Assembly (NCBI GenBank): GCA_016182085.1
Contig: JACOYB010000005.1
Span: 1,013 to 65,012, forward strand
Direction: 5' to 3'
DNA: 64,000 nt
From: Candidatus Magasanikiibacteriota bacterium
GTDB taxonomy: Bacteria; Patescibacteriota; Patescibacteriia; Magasanikbacterales; GWA2-37-8
Position 1 is the stretch's first letter, and every line of letters begins with the position of its first letter. A program made the translations under genes and the position numbers. Shown in pieces: positions 48,742 through 59,326 of the stretch. The notes below the pieces were generated by a model. It ran no database searches. It was not told the origin of the DNA and saw nothing but the letters and a program-made list of their open reading frames with translations.

Positions 48742-49797
48742 TTATCTTTTGAGTTCGGCTTTAAAAAAATCCACAAATGGGATGGCGGTTGGGTCTATGC
48801 CTTGCAGCATAGCGGAATAAAAACTGATATAGCTGCCAAGCATCAATACTTCGCAGACCTGTAATGATTTTGTTTTTTCTTGGCACTTGTACGAAACATA
48901 TTCTATACCGTTTTTATCCAAAATAGTTTTAGTAATTTCATATCTTTTTTGTACTCGGCTATCATACAAACCTGACTCTAATAAAACAAATTTAATGTTA
49001 TTTTTATTAGTCTCCGGAAATAACATCCCTTCCATTAAATGATGGTTGAGTTCTGGTATTAAAAAATATCCGCCGAAACGTTTGGCATTTTCATTCATCT
49101 GGTTTGCCGCGATATGCGCATTACCGGATAAATGTTCGGAAGCCGCATACCAGACGCTTTTGCCAAATAATGCGCCCGCCATTTGCTTGGCTGTATTTTT
49201 TTCTTCTGCATTATTAACTCCAAACAAAGAATTATACTTGGCAATATTTTGTAAAACGCTTTTTACTTCGGCCGGTGAAAATTTTAATATGCCCGCGTTA
49301 GCCAGCATAGCCGCCTGCCCAAAAATAGAATAACCCAGCCCCATGCGCGGCGAACCGCACGGGTTATTATTAACGGTAAAAACTAAGACAGGAATTTTAT
49401 TTTTTCTGGCCCACTGGGCCAATTGCCCCCCGGAACAAATAACCATTACTTTTGCCTGTTTCTTTTTTGCCTCTTTTACGGCCTGCAATACTTCTTCGGT
49501 CGAACCGGAATAACTGGAAGCGATAACAAGTGATTTCGATGATACAAAAGCGGGCGCTTGGTAGCCATTTATTATTTCTAGGGGAATCTTTAAGGAAACG
49601 GATTTTAATACATGCGCGCCTAGCGCCGAACCGCCCATGCCTAGTACCACTATATTATTTACTTTTTTATAACTTGCCGGAATTTTTACCTGTTTAGCCT
49701 GAGCCAAAACTTCTTCTACCTGGCTGCCCAAAAGCTCTATGCTCCCAAGCATGTTTTTTGAATCTAACTGAGAAATTTTTGCTTTGTCGTCTAGCAT
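48742..49797 (-). CDS. Bifunctional phosphoglucose/phosphomannose isomerase (SIS)
   Basis: GMGGSA, SSYSGSTEE, PRMG, NENAK, PELNHH. Confidence 0.88.
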   Translation of the reverse strand: MLDDKAKISQLDSKNMLGSIELLGSQVEEVLAQAKQVKIPASYKKVNNIVVLGMGGSALGAHVLKSVSLKIPLEIINGYQAPAFVSSKSLVIASSYSGSTEEVLQAVKEAKKKQAKVMVICSGGQLAQWARKNKIPVLVFTVNNNPCGSPRMGLGYSIFGQAAMLANAGILKFSPAEVKSVLQNIAKYNSLFGVNNAEEKNTAKQMAGALFGKSVWYAASEHLSGNAHIAANQMNENAKRFGGYFLIPELNHHLMEGMLFPETNKNNIKFVLLESGLYDSRVQKRYEITKTILDKNGIEYVSYKCQEKTKSLQVCEVLMLGSYISFYSAMLQGIDPTAIPFVDFFKAELKR

Positions 49798-50001
49798 ACC
49801 TTTATTTTAAAATTTGAAAAGTTAAGTTATTTTAGCAATTTTATACGTCCTTGTAAAGCAATAATTTAAAACAAAAACAGCCTTCGTTTGAAGACTGTTT
49901 TTGTGCTTGGCCCGAGAATTTCTTCTCAAGGCCAGTCTCTTGTTGGCGGCCTTTACGAGCCGCCGTCCGCCTTGTGGGCAGACTACCCCAGTCGGGGGCG
50001 G

Positions 50002-50463
50002 CTATTGAAACAGGTTCAGGTCACCGAGCTCCAGAACCCGGACCTGCGCGGGCTGCTGGCGGACGAGGTACGCGTCGTAGTTCACGACACGATTCTTATC
50101 CTTGGAGAAGAGGGTGACCAGATGCCACACCTCATTGCCGATCTGGATCGAGCCGTCATCGCTCACCACCACCGTAATACCCTTGTTCTTGGCGTTGGTG
50201 AGCGAGAAGCGGGGTCCATCCTGGCAGATGATGCCGGCGATCTTCTCGCTGGGCGTCACCGTCTCGCCCTTGGCGTTGACGTAGGTGAGGTTGGAGGGCG
50301 CGTCGAACGCGAGATCGGGTTCCGCCGTGATGATGGGCTGGCCGTACTGGCCCGGGCTCACCATGTAGAACTGGCGTTCGCCGTTCGGACCAAGGTTGGT
50401 GACGTTGTAGTCGCCCGTCGTTTCATCCACCTTGATAGTCCACTGCTTATTCATGACCTGCAT
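50002..50463 (-). CDS. GC-rich orphan protein (153 aa, beta-rich)
   Basis: SD GGAG, strong GC3 bias, ~62% GC in a sampled 60-mer, promoter TTGACA-17-TATTAT at 50631-50659, terminator at 49871-49894. Confidence 0.7.
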   Translation of the reverse strand: MQVMNKQWTIKVDETTGDYNVTNLGPNGERQFYMVSPGQYGQPIITAEPDLAFDAPSNLTYVNAKGETVTPSEKIAGIICQDGPRFSLTNAKNKGITVVVSDDGSIQIGNEVWHLVTLFSKDKNRVVNYDAYLVRQQPAQVRVLELGDLNLFQ

Positions 50464-50669
50464 TTTCTATCTCCGCTCCCAGGGCCTATTGCCTGAGATT
50501 GAAGTTGGGTGCTGGCAGTAAGTGCAGCACTCATACACCCGCCTGTGCAATTTACACACGCGCGATTAAGCTTTCTCAATCGCCCGAGTACAAAATACTT
50601 CAACTATAAAACCCGTTACTAGAACGGGTTATAATAGCACAAAAATGACTTCCTGTCAATACCCCAAGA

Positions 50670-51566
50670 TTAACCTTTTTGTCTTAATTCACGTAAAAAT
50701 TCTTCTGCTTGCGCAGCTCCGCTCCAGTACCCTATACCATCCATAGCATTTCTTGCATCTTCAGCATAACGCTTGGCCATTTTTTTCTTTTTAAGGGCTA
50801 GGAAAGCTTTGGCAACATCTAAGTTAACCCTGCCTATGTTAAACGTATCTCCCAGCTCCTGGCGCTGACGTTGCAAGGCAAATAATTGTTGAATACCAGA
50901 TTCAATCTTATCCGGCTCAGCCTGAAGGGTCATTTTAGAAATTTGAGCTCCATATCTTAATTTACTGACCTGCCACCGCACATTTAAATCGCTGGCCTGC
51001 TCTTTTTTAAGTAAAAGGTCTAACCCTGCCTTATGCATGTCTTTAGACAGTTCAACCTCTCCTTGGCGCAAATAGATACATCCGAGCGTATTATACGCAT
51101 TAGCTTGGGAGACCGCATCAACCACGAAACTTTCAACTCTAGTTAGTAATTTTGCCAGCCGCTCAGACGCGCCATCTCTCTTTTCATGATATAGCGCGCC
51201 AGCTAGCTCTGCGGCTGCAAACGCAGATAATTTGGCAGACTGAAGCACACGTTCCAACTCCGCGACATCTGAAATATCGGTTATACTTTTACCGATTGAT
51301 TCTTGGACTATAGAATTTATTGACCGTTCAAGAAGGCCTAACCATTCTGTATCTTTGTCGCCCTTTCTAACAACAACGTTCTCAACAAATTTATTTCTAT
51401 CTAGCAATTCTCTTACAACATCTAGTTCATTTGCATTACAAGCCTCTTCTAAACTTCCTATACGCTCATTAAAACCTTTATCAAGGCCAAAAATTATATC
51501 GGGTGAATTTTTATCAACTTCTTTCTTTTCTATTTTTTCTTTCCAGCCGCTCTCCGACTCGGTCAT
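50670..51566 (-). CDS. Helical-repeat (TPR-like) hypothetical protein
   Basis: ANAYNTLGCIYLRQGE, GRVNLDVAKAF. Confidence 0.6.
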   Translation of the reverse strand: MTESESGWKEKIEKKEVDKNSPDIIFGLDKGFNERIGSLEEACNANELDVVRELLDRNKFVENVVVRKGDKDTEWLGLLERSINSIVQESIGKSITDISDVAELERVLQSAKLSAFAAAELAGALYHEKRDGASERLAKLLTRVESFVVDAVSQANAYNTLGCIYLRQGEVELSKDMHKAGLDLLLKKEQASDLNVRWQVSKLRYGAQISKMTLQAEPDKIESGIQQLFALQRQRQELGDTFNIGRVNLDVAKAFLALKKKKMAKRYAEDARNAMDGIGYWSGAAQAEEFLRELRQKG

Positions 51567-51589
51567 ACTGATGGATAATTTTATTTTAA

Positions 51590-52207
51590 CTATAATGCCA
51601 CCGGCTCAATTTTTTCCTTTAACCATTTCTTAAAATATTTTTCTACTGGTTCAAGCATGTTTTTTTCTTGCACGATCTTTTTAGCCTGGCGACTGCGTAA
51701 ATTATACAGAGTGTGATACCGCAAGCGAAGATCCACTTCTATTTTTCCCTCATCGCCTTCAAAAAAATCCAAGCTTCTTTTTAAACCCAGCTTGCCAAAA
51801 CCGTCCAGTTTATCGGCATCACGCAAAATCCAAGCTACAGCGTAATCATTTGCCATATCATTCCAGTGGTAGCGAAGCGCGTATAAAATTTGCAGTTTTT
51901 CTTCCTTTGACAGCGCATCAAATCTCTTGTCCTCCCTAAACCACTCCCGGCACATTTCATACGAAAGCTCGTGATGTCTTTTTTTATGACCAAAAAATTC
52001 TTCCCTGACTCTGCCAATATCATGAAGCCAGGCGGAAATTTCCGATAAAAATATATTGGCATGTTCGGCTGTAGCGATTAGCACCGCCCACTTGGCTACC
52101 CGCTTAGCATGATCAAAACCATGCGCTTTGGCCGGATACTGGTTCATCAATTCTTTTACTCTCACTCGAACATAGCTAACTAACTTTTTTTGTTCCTTGG
52201 TGTACAT
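51590..52207 (-). CDS. HD-domain phosphohydrolase
   Basis: HGFDHAKRV, WLHDIGR, RDADKLD. Confidence 0.9.
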   Translation of the reverse strand: MYTKEQKKLVSYVRVRVKELMNQYPAKAHGFDHAKRVAKWAVLIATAEHANIFLSEISAWLHDIGRVREEFFGHKKRHHELSYEMCREWFREDKRFDALSKEEKLQILYALRYHWNDMANDYAVAWILRDADKLDGFGKLGLKRSLDFFEGDEGKIEVDLRLRYHTLYNLRSRQAKKIVQEKNMLEPVEKYFKKWLKEKIEPVAL

Positions 52208-52213
52208 AAACCA

Positions 52214-53062
52214 CTAAACCTTCCTTAGCTCCGCGTATTTTTTAAGTGTTTCTCGCACCGCTTCATGCACAGGTCGCATTTGTATACCTAGTTTTTCTAA
52301 GTTACCGGATTGCAAAATAGTATTTGATCTGGTTTTTTTGGCCAGGCCGCTAGCCACCAATTCTTGGGCAGATATCCATTCTTCTACTTTGTGATTTGGA
52401 TCTACAATTTCCTCGTACATTGCCACAATTTCTTTATGTTTGATCGCGCCCGGATTGGTAACGTGAAAAATTCCGGCAGCTTGTTTTTCTAAAAGCTGTT
52501 TAAAAACATTTATCATATCCTCTACCACCGTGATGCTGTTTATCACATCAATTACGCGTGGAAATGACATGAGCTTGTCTATTAAATTTGCCGGTGACGG
52601 CTCATAATCAACCGGCATTCTGATTCTGGCAATCCCGATGTTTGGCATTGTTGATAATACCAAGTCTGCAGCGTATTTACTGCGCGTATAAACAGCCAAG
52701 GGGTTAGGATGATCATCTTCTTTCCAACCCTTCGGGTCTGCGGAATAGCCATAAAAAATACAGCCTGTGCCCATATGCAATAAATATACGCCTTTTTTCT
52801 GACACGCCTCGGCAATCATGATCGGCAAGGTCGTGTTACCCGCAATTGTTTCAAGCTGATGAGTTTCGCACCAATCTACGTTTGGCTTACCCACAATACC
52901 CGCGGCATTTAATACCGAATCCGGTTTGTGTTCATCTATGAGTTCTTCAACATCTTGCGCGGAATGAATTATTTTATCCGATAAAACTGCCTCGGGCCAA
53001 GCTGCTGCGCACCGCTTACCCAAAAAGCCATTGCCAATGATTAAAATTTTTTTTGCTTGCAT
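52214..53062 (-). CDS. RmlD-family NDP-4-keto-6-deoxyglucose epimerase/reductase (NRS/ER-like)
   Basis: GNGFLG, NAAGIVGKPNVDWCE, TGCIF, YTRSK, RIRMP. Confidence 0.8.
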   Translation of the reverse strand: MQAKKILIIGNGFLGKRCAAAWPEAVLSDKIIHSAQDVEELIDEHKPDSVLNAAGIVGKPNVDWCETHQLETIAGNTTLPIMIAEACQKKGVYLLHMGTGCIFYGYSADPKGWKEDDHPNPLAVYTRSKYAADLVLSTMPNIGIARIRMPVDYEPSPANLIDKLMSFPRVIDVINSITVVEDMINVFKQLLEKQAAGIFHVTNPGAIKHKEIVAMYEEIVDPNHKVEEWISAQELVASGLAKKTRSNTILQSGNLEKLGIQMRPVHEAVRETLKKYAELRKV

Positions 53063-53066
53063 ATAA

Positions 53067-54077
53067 TTAAGCTTTTTCCGTATATTGTTTTTTAAAATAC
53101 TCTCTATGCTCTCCGCTCTTAAGCGGCTGCCACCAATTTGGATTATTTTTATACCATTTGATGGTTTCTCTTAAACCCGCCTTAAAGTCTTTTTCCGGAT
53201 GCCAGCCAAAATCTTTTTTTAATTTGCTCCAATCTATGGAATACCGCCTATCATGTCCCGGTCTATCACGCACCGGCTCAATCATATCCCCGCCAAACCC
53301 CATTTCGGATAGTATCATGTTGGTTAACTCTATATTTTCTAACTCCTGACCAGAACCAATATTATATACCTCTCCCGGCGCAGCCTTATGCAATAGCACA
53401 TCAACAGCTTTGCAATGGTCGCTGGTATGAATCCACTCTCTCACATTTTTTCCATCACCATACAAGGGCACTTTTTTACCTTCAATTAGATTCGTGATGA
53501 AAAATGGTATTAATTTTTCCGGATACTGATTGGTACCATAAAAATTACAGCTGTGGGTGACTACCACCGGCGTTTTATAGGTAACAAAATAAGCCCGGCA
53601 TAAATGATCGCCGCCGGCTTTGGCTGCCGAATAGGGGCTATTGGGAGAAAACGGCGACTCTTCCGTAAAACTGCCGGCTTCAATACTGCCGTATACTTCA
53701 TCCGTAGAAATCTGCACCATTTTAGTTAAATTGAAATTTTTGGTCGCTTCCAGCAAATTAAAGGTGCCCAAAATATCGGTTCGCAAAAACGCGTCCGGGT
53801 CCATAATAGATCTGTCTACATGGGTTTCGGCTGCGTAGTTAACTATTGCCTCAATATTATTTTCCCTAATCACATCCTCAACCGCAGCCTTATCACAGAT
53901 ATCTCCGCGAACAAATGTATACCGAGGATTATTTTCAACTTCGCGTAAATTTTCCAAATTACCGGCATAGGTCAGCTTATCAAAATTTACCACCTCGTAA
54001 TCCGGGTATGTTGCTAAAATATATTTTATGAAATGGGAGCCCATAAACCCGGCCCCGCCGCAAACAAGTAACTTCAT
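53067..54077 (-). CDS. rmlB: dTDP-glucose 4,6-dehydratase
   Basis: DKLTYAGN, AAETHVDRSI, STDEVYG, YSAAKA, DRPGHDRRY. Confidence 0.96.
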   Translation of the reverse strand: MKLLVCGGAGFMGSHFIKYILATYPDYEVVNFDKLTYAGNLENLREVENNPRYTFVRGDICDKAAVEDVIRENNIEAIVNYAAETHVDRSIMDPDAFLRTDILGTFNLLEATKNFNLTKMVQISTDEVYGSIEAGSFTEESPFSPNSPYSAAKAGGDHLCRAYFVTYKTPVVVTHSCNFYGTNQYPEKLIPFFITNLIEGKKVPLYGDGKNVREWIHTSDHCKAVDVLLHKAAPGEVYNIGSGQELENIELTNMILSEMGFGGDMIEPVRDRPGHDRRYSIDWSKLKKDFGWHPEKDFKAGLRETIKWYKNNPNWWQPLKSGEHREYFKKQYTEKA

Positions 54078-54088
54078 AAGCGTATCAT

Positions 54089-55204
54089 TTAAATTTTACC
54101 GTACTTACTTATATTGGCAACAATGCCCATGCTGGCAAGCCCGATGAGCAGAGCTGATCCGCCATGGCTAATAAACGGCAGGGGTACGCCCGTAAGGGGC
54201 AATAACCCGATAATTGTGCCAATATTTAAGAAAGATTGCCAGATAAACCATATCATAATCCCCGCGGCAAGTAAACGGCCAAAGGGGTCTGGGGCGCCTT
54301 TGGCAATCTTGAAGCCTCGGAGCGCCAAAAAACTGATTAAAAAAACCAAAATTGAGGTAACTAAAAAACCCATCTCTTCGGCAATAATGGCAAATATTGA
54401 ATCGGCTTGCGCTTCGGGCAAATATTGAAATTTTTGTCTGGAGTGTCCAAGTCCCAACCCCCATACCCCGCCAGAGCCAACCGCGAGATATGCCTGATTT
54501 ATTTGATAACCAATACCTTGCGGATCAAGTTCGGGATGCAAAAAGGTCGTAAGCCGCTGCACGCGGTATGGCGCTACCAAGAGCAATATGGCAAATGATA
54601 CCGCTGTCAGCAAGCCAAGAATCACCAAATACACCCGAGGAATACCCGCCAAATACAGCATGGCAAAAATTATAACTACCAAAATTGACAGAGTTCCCAC
54701 ATCGGGCTGGGCGGCGACAAGCAAAACTACCGGCAATAGCATGGCAAAAATTGGCATCAAGCCATTTTTCCAATCACGCAAATCCCTGCCTTCAGACAAA
54801 AGTTTAGCAAGTATTATTATCGTGGTGAGCTTTACAAATTCTGAAGGCTGAAAACTGAGCCCAAACAACTGTACCCAGCTTCGCGAACCATTGATGGTGA
54901 GTCCGATGCCCGGTATAAAAACCAAACAGAGAATTACAAGCGATAATAGATATATAATACCGCCAAATTTTTGCAGCAGCTCATATTTGGTATTGCCAAA
55001 AACTAAAAATAAAAAGAGTCCGGGGAGCAAGCCAAACAATAATTGTTTTTTAATAAAAAAATACGTATCGCCGAATTTGGCATAGCCTATAGGGGCGCTC
55101 GCCGAAGCAAGCATTACCAGCCCAAAAACTACCAGGATAGCAAAAAATAATAAAAACAATCTATCAGCCGATTTTTTTGATCTTTCCATAAACTTATTTT
55201 TCAA
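54089..55204 (-). CDS. ftsW: SEDS protein FtsW
   Basis: GSRSW, QPSEFVK, QPDVG, GYQ, YLPEAQADSIF, TGVPLPFISHGGS. Confidence 0.9.
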   Translation of the reverse strand: MKNKFMERSKKSADRLFLLFFAILVVFGLVMLASASAPIGYAKFGDTYFFIKKQLLFGLLPGLFLFLVFGNTKYELLQKFGGIIYLLSLVILCLVFIPGIGLTINGSRSWVQLFGLSFQPSEFVKLTTIIILAKLLSEGRDLRDWKNGLMPIFAMLLPVVLLVAAQPDVGTLSILVVIIFAMLYLAGIPRVYLVILGLLTAVSFAILLLVAPYRVQRLTTFLHPELDPQGIGYQINQAYLAVGSGGVWGLGLGHSRQKFQYLPEAQADSIFAIIAEEMGFLVTSILVFLISFLALRGFKIAKGAPDPFGRLLAAGIMIWFIWQSFLNIGTIIGLLPLTGVPLPFISHGGSALLIGLASMGIVANISKYGKI

Positions 55205-55207
55205 AGA

Positions 55208-55564
55208 CTAGGAATTCAATCTCACAAGCAATGCGATGCCAATGGCTAAAAACAAGTGAAAGAATAAAATCCAAGCATTCAATAGTCTTGCCAAAAACTT
55301 ATCGTAAAAGTAAACTGCGAGCGAACACAGACAATTAAATAAAATAACCAGCACGCCAATAAGGGGCGGGAAATAAATCTGCCACCACTCTCCGACTGAA
55401 TCAACTCCAAAAATAATATTATAATGTAAAAAAATAACAGGCGTATCCGGACTAACATTCATAACTAAAATTACCCACAAAAAAATTTGTATTAAAATTG
55501 ACCCTGCCAAGGGTATGGAAATCCACGGATCACGAAGGTAGAGTTTGGGCGAATAAAAAAGCAT
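55208..55564 (-). CDS. Small membrane protein (DUF1648-like)
   Basis: LHYNIIFGVD motif, 3 TM helices. Confidence 0.65.
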   Translation of the reverse strand: MLFYSPKLYLRDPWISIPLAGSILIQIFLWVILVMNVSPDTPVIFLHYNIIFGVDSVGEWWQIYFPPLIGVLVILFNCLCSLAVYFYDKFLARLLNAWILFFHLFLAIGIALLVRLNS

Positions 55565-55720
55565 GCTGTATTTAGGCTAAATTGAAGAAAAAACCCTGAA
55601 CTTATCTATATTTAGAGCAAATCCACTGGTATAATAACAAATTTTAACCCCCTTGACAATAATGGGATTTTGTATTATATTTATCAGGTAAAACTTCATT
55701 TCTCTAACTTATAAACCCGT

Positions 55721-55996
55721 ATGTCTCATAAAAAAGCAGGTGGTTCTACCCGGCTCGGACGTGATTCTACCTCTCAACGGCTTGGCGTTAAATTGCATGA
55801 TGGACAGGCTGTGCAAAAAGGCATGATAATCATACGTCAACGCGGTACTAAATTTCACCCAGGAAAAAACGTAAAACGAGCTGGCGATGACACAATTTTT
55901 GCCATGGCTGACGGCAAAGTTAAATTTTCCCAGCATAAACGACGCCGCTTTGATGGCAGTATGAAAATGGCAAAATTCGTAAACGTGGTAGCCTAA
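55721..55996 (+). CDS. rpmA: 50S ribosomal protein L27
   Basis: [27 protein letters not shown]. Confidence 0.97.
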   Translation: MSHKKAGGSTRLGRDSTSQRLGVKLHDGQAVQKGMIIIRQRGTKFHPGKNVKRAGDDTIFAMADGKVKFSQHKRRRFDGSMKMAKFVNVVA

Positions 55997-56009
55997 TATT
56001 ATAACCTAT

Positions 56010-56048
56010 AAAACAAAAACCCTCCTAAGTTAGGAGGGTTTTTGTTTT
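56010..56048. terminator. Bidirectional intrinsic terminator
   Basis: AAAACAAAAACCCTCCTAA G TTAGGAGGGTTTTTGTTTT perfect inverted repeat. Confidence 0.85.
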
Positions 56049-56961
56049 ATAGGCCCCACTGTTTTTTTAGTTCAGCAACACCATCTTTTAACTGTATGGT
56101 CGGCTCCCAACCAAGAAGTTTTTTTGCTTTGGAATAATCGGCTTCGGTTTTTTGCATCTCTCCCGGCAGAGCTGGAACATATTCCACCGGACCGCCTATC
56201 AATTCTGCGAGCTCATTTACTGATACGGAATGGCCATTGCCAACATTTAACACTTCGCCGTGGCCTACCGTATCTTTAGTCATAGCCAACATATTGGCAT
56301 GCACCACATCATCCACGTGAGTATAGTCCCTTCTCATTTCCCCATCGCCTCTAATTGTCAGCGGTTTTCCTTCTTTTCGCAATTTTAGAAACCTGCCGAT
56401 AACAAGCGCGTAGGCTCCTTCCGGATCCAAATACGGACCGTAGACATTATAATAACACAAACTAACCGTCTCTACGCCATAGAGTTCCCAAAATAAACGG
56501 CAATACTCTTCGCCAATAAACTTATGCAACGCATATGGACTGAGCGGCTTCTTTACCACGCCATCTTCTACAAAAGGAATGGTGGGTTGATTACCATAGG
56601 CTGAAGACGAAGTTGCAAACACTACTCTTTTTATTTTATGGTTTCGAGCAGCCAGAAGCACATTTAACGTACCGTTGACGTTTGTGTCATGAGTTTCCAG
56701 CGGATTTTCTACGGAAAATAAAACCCTGGGCAGGGCTGCTAAATGAAATATGCCATCAAAACCCTGGGCGCAGACTTTGTCCAGATCTTCCATCTTTCGT
56801 ATATCTCCTTCAAAATATGTTGCGCCTTCCTGCATGCGATCTTCTTTTTTCCCCGCCGCATAATTATCTACAACAGTTACGATATGGCCTAGAGCCAAAA
56901 GTTTTTTTACGATATTTGTGCCAATAAAACCAGCTCCGCCGGTAACAAGATATTTTGACAT
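56047..56961 (-). CDS. NAD-dependent sugar epimerase/dehydratase
   Basis: [22 protein letters not shown]; start at MSKYL. Confidence 0.9.
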   Translation of the reverse strand: MSKYLVTGGAGFIGTNIVKKLLALGHIVTVVDNYAAGKKEDRMQEGATYFEGDIRKMEDLDKVCAQGFDGIFHLAALPRVLFSVENPLETHDTNVNGTLNVLLAARNHKIKRVVFATSSSAYGNQPTIPFVEDGVVKKPLSPYALHKFIGEEYCRLFWELYGVETVSLCYYNVYGPYLDPEGAYALVIGRFLKLRKEGKPLTIRGDGEMRRDYTHVDDVVHANMLAMTKDTVGHGEVLNVGNGHSVSVNELAELIGGPVEYVPALPGEMQKTEADYSKAKKLLGWEPTIQLKDGVAELKKQWGL

Positions 56962-56965
56962 ATAT

Positions 56966-58369
56966 TTAAATACTTCCTTTAAAAAATGGGGAACCAACCG
57001 CGATTATACTATAGCCCTTTTTTGCCAGGTCCACAAACTGATCCTGAACCATGCGGCGACCATCCATGATTAAATACGGTGCCGGACAAATCTTCGCTAC
57101 TTTTTCCCCGACCAACCGGAATTGAGGCCAGTCTGTTAAAATTAAACATGCTTGACTCGACTCGAGCGCGTCTTCTTCGCTTTCGTGATAACTTATTCTT
57201 TCATACCTGGAATCGGCTGGCGGCAAAAATGCTTTAAACATGGGCGCAGCTACCGGATCATAAATTTTAATCTGAGCCACCCCGTCATCAATAAGATGGT
57301 TAACAATATCAAAGGCCGGAGAATTTCTCACATCGTTAGTGTTTTGTTTAAAAGCCACACCGAGCACGGCCACGGTTTTTCCTGCCCAAGAAAACCCGGC
57401 TTCTTTTTGCGCGCGGCTATAGAAATGATCGCGCTGAAACCTGTTTTCTTCTAGTGTTAAACGAACTTGATGAGCTGTGCCTCCAACTTCTTCTATCTGG
57501 TGAGCTAGTGAAGCCGCGTCTTTAATAAAACAACTGCCGCCCGCGTACACGCTGTCATAAAATCCCCAGCCGCCTATCCTCTCATCGCTCATCAGTATTT
57601 TACGAACATTTTCAAATTTAATATTATCAAATATTTCACAGACCCTGCCCACCACGCTAAACGTGTTAGCCAGCCTGGAAAACAGTAAGTAGTTTGCCAA
57701 AAGTTTGCTAGCTGCGGCCTCGTATGGATTGACTTCAATATATTTGACGCCCGTAGAATTATAAAAACGAGCGTATACCATGCGCATGACTTTAAAGTCA
57801 TCCTCTTTTTCCGCTCCGATAACAACTCTATCCGGACGAGCCGATCCTTCTACCGCCTTACCTTCTACCAAAAATTCCGGATTAGAAACCACGCCGAAAT
57901 TTATGACTCCATGTGATTTCATAATTGTTTCAGTTTCATTCATCATACGTATTGGCACGGTACTCTTATTTACAATGACTACGTATTTCGTTTGCCCACC
58001 ACCATTTCTCTTTGCCAAATTTTCGGCCAGAGTTTGCGCGGCCTGATAATAATAAGAGAGATCAGAACTTCCTTCGGCACCCATCTTTTCCGGAGTCGGC
58101 AAACACATAAAAATCGCGTCTGCTTCGTCAAGCGCGCCAATAACCTTGGCGTAATCATGAGTAAATTCAATTCTATTTTTATTTTTTACCAAAAGATCCC
58201 CTAGGCTGGGTTCAAACAAACAGGATTCAACTGTCTGCGCATTTGCCGAACCAAGCATCTCAATTTTTTTCTGATCAACATCGTATAATAAAACATCATG
58301 GCCGGCTTCCGCCATCACTCCTCCCGAACAAGCACCCACAAAACCAGCGCCAATATATATTAATTTCAT
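56966..58369 (-). CDS. ugd: UDP-glucose 6-dehydrogenase
   Basis: GAGFVG, LPTP, KSTVP, NPEFLVEG, GGSCF, AFKQNTNDVRNSP. Confidence 0.9.
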   Translation of the reverse strand: MKLIYIGAGFVGACSGGVMAEAGHDVLLYDVDQKKIEMLGSANAQTVESCLFEPSLGDLLVKNKNRIEFTHDYAKVIGALDEADAIFMCLPTPEKMGAEGSSDLSYYYQAAQTLAENLAKRNGGGQTKYVVIVNKSTVPIRMMNETETIMKSHGVINFGVVSNPEFLVEGKAVEGSARPDRVVIGAEKEDDFKVMRMVYARFYNSTGVKYIEVNPYEAAASKLLANYLLFSRLANTFSVVGRVCEIFDNIKFENVRKILMSDERIGGWGFYDSVYAGGSCFIKDAASLAHQIEEVGGTAHQVRLTLEENRFQRDHFYSRAQKEAGFSWAGKTVAVLGVAFKQNTNDVRNSPAFDIVNHLIDDGVAQIKIYDPVAAPMFKAFLPPADSRYERISYHESEEDALESSQACLILTDWPQFRLVGEKVAKICPAPYLIMDGRRMVQDQFVDLAKKGYSIIAVGSPFFKGSI

Positions 58370-58382
58370 AATTCATCAATAA

Positions 58383-59321
58383 CTAAATTTTTGATTTAAA
58401 ATACTCTATGGTTTTTAACAATCCCGTTTCCAAATTTATTTTCGGCTCCCAACCGAGCGCTTGTTTTGCCATACGTATATCCGGACAGCGTCGAGTTGGA
58501 TCATCAGTTGGCAGTTCTTTATATACCACTCTGCTGCTTGAGCCGGTTAACTTTAAAATTAACTCCGCAATTTCTTTAATAGAAACCTCATTTGGATTTC
58601 CTAAATTTACGGGGCCGGTAAAATCGTTCGACGTTGCCATAGTTTGCATCATACCGTCAACCAGATCATCTACATAACAAAAACTTCTGGTCTGGCTGCC
58701 ATCCCCCTGGATGGTAATATCCTGGTTAGTTAAAGCTTGGACAATAAAATTTGATATTACCCGACCGTCGTCTTTAGACATGTGCGTGCCATATGTATTA
58801 AAAATTCTGACTACTTTTATATTTAATCCATGCGAACGGCGGTATTCAAAAAATAACGCTTCCGCGCAACGCTTCCCTTCATCGTAACAAGCTCTGGGCC
58901 CAATACTGCTTACATTGCCGCGATACTGTTCCGTTTGCGGATGTTCCAGCGGTTCACCGTAAATTTCAGAAGTAGAGGCTTGCAATACTTTTGCTTTAAT
59001 GGCCTTGGCAAAACCGAGCGTGTTAATTACACCCAGCGTATTAACTTTAATTGTTCTAATGGCATTTTTTTGATAATGAATGGGCGATGCCGGACAGGCA
59101 AGATTATATATCTCATCAACCGGTTCGTTAATAGTAATTGGATCAATAATATCGTGTTCAACAAAAATAAAAAGTGGATTGTCAAACAAACGCTCAATAT
59201 TATCCTTAGAACCCGTCAAAAAATTATCCAGACAAATTACTTTATTTCCCTCATTCAAAAGACGCTGGCATAAATGCGAGCCGATAAACCCTGCCCCGCC
59301 GGTAACTAAGATTCTTTTCAT
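58383..59321 (-). CDS. uxs: UDP-glucuronate decarboxylase (UDP-xylose synthase)
   Basis: [39 protein letters not shown]. Confidence 0.92.
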   Translation of the reverse strand: MKRILVTGGAGFIGSHLCQRLLNEGNKVICLDNFLTGSKDNIERLFDNPLFIFVEHDIIDPITINEPVDEIYNLACPASPIHYQKNAIRTIKVNTLGVINTLGFAKAIKAKVLQASTSEIYGEPLEHPQTEQYRGNVSSIGPRACYDEGKRCAEALFFEYRRSHGLNIKVVRIFNTYGTHMSKDDGRVISNFIVQALTNQDITIQGDGSQTRSFCYVDDLVDGMMQTMATSNDFTGPVNLGNPNEVSIKEIAELILKLTGSSSRVVYKELPTDDPTRRCPDIRMAKQALGWEPKINLETGLLKTIEYFKSKI

Positions 59322-59326
59322 ACCGG

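Noticed and set aside
49888-50496. 202-aa plus-strand ORF
   Set aside because: Antisense shadow of a GC3-biased gene; promoter and SD favour the minus strand
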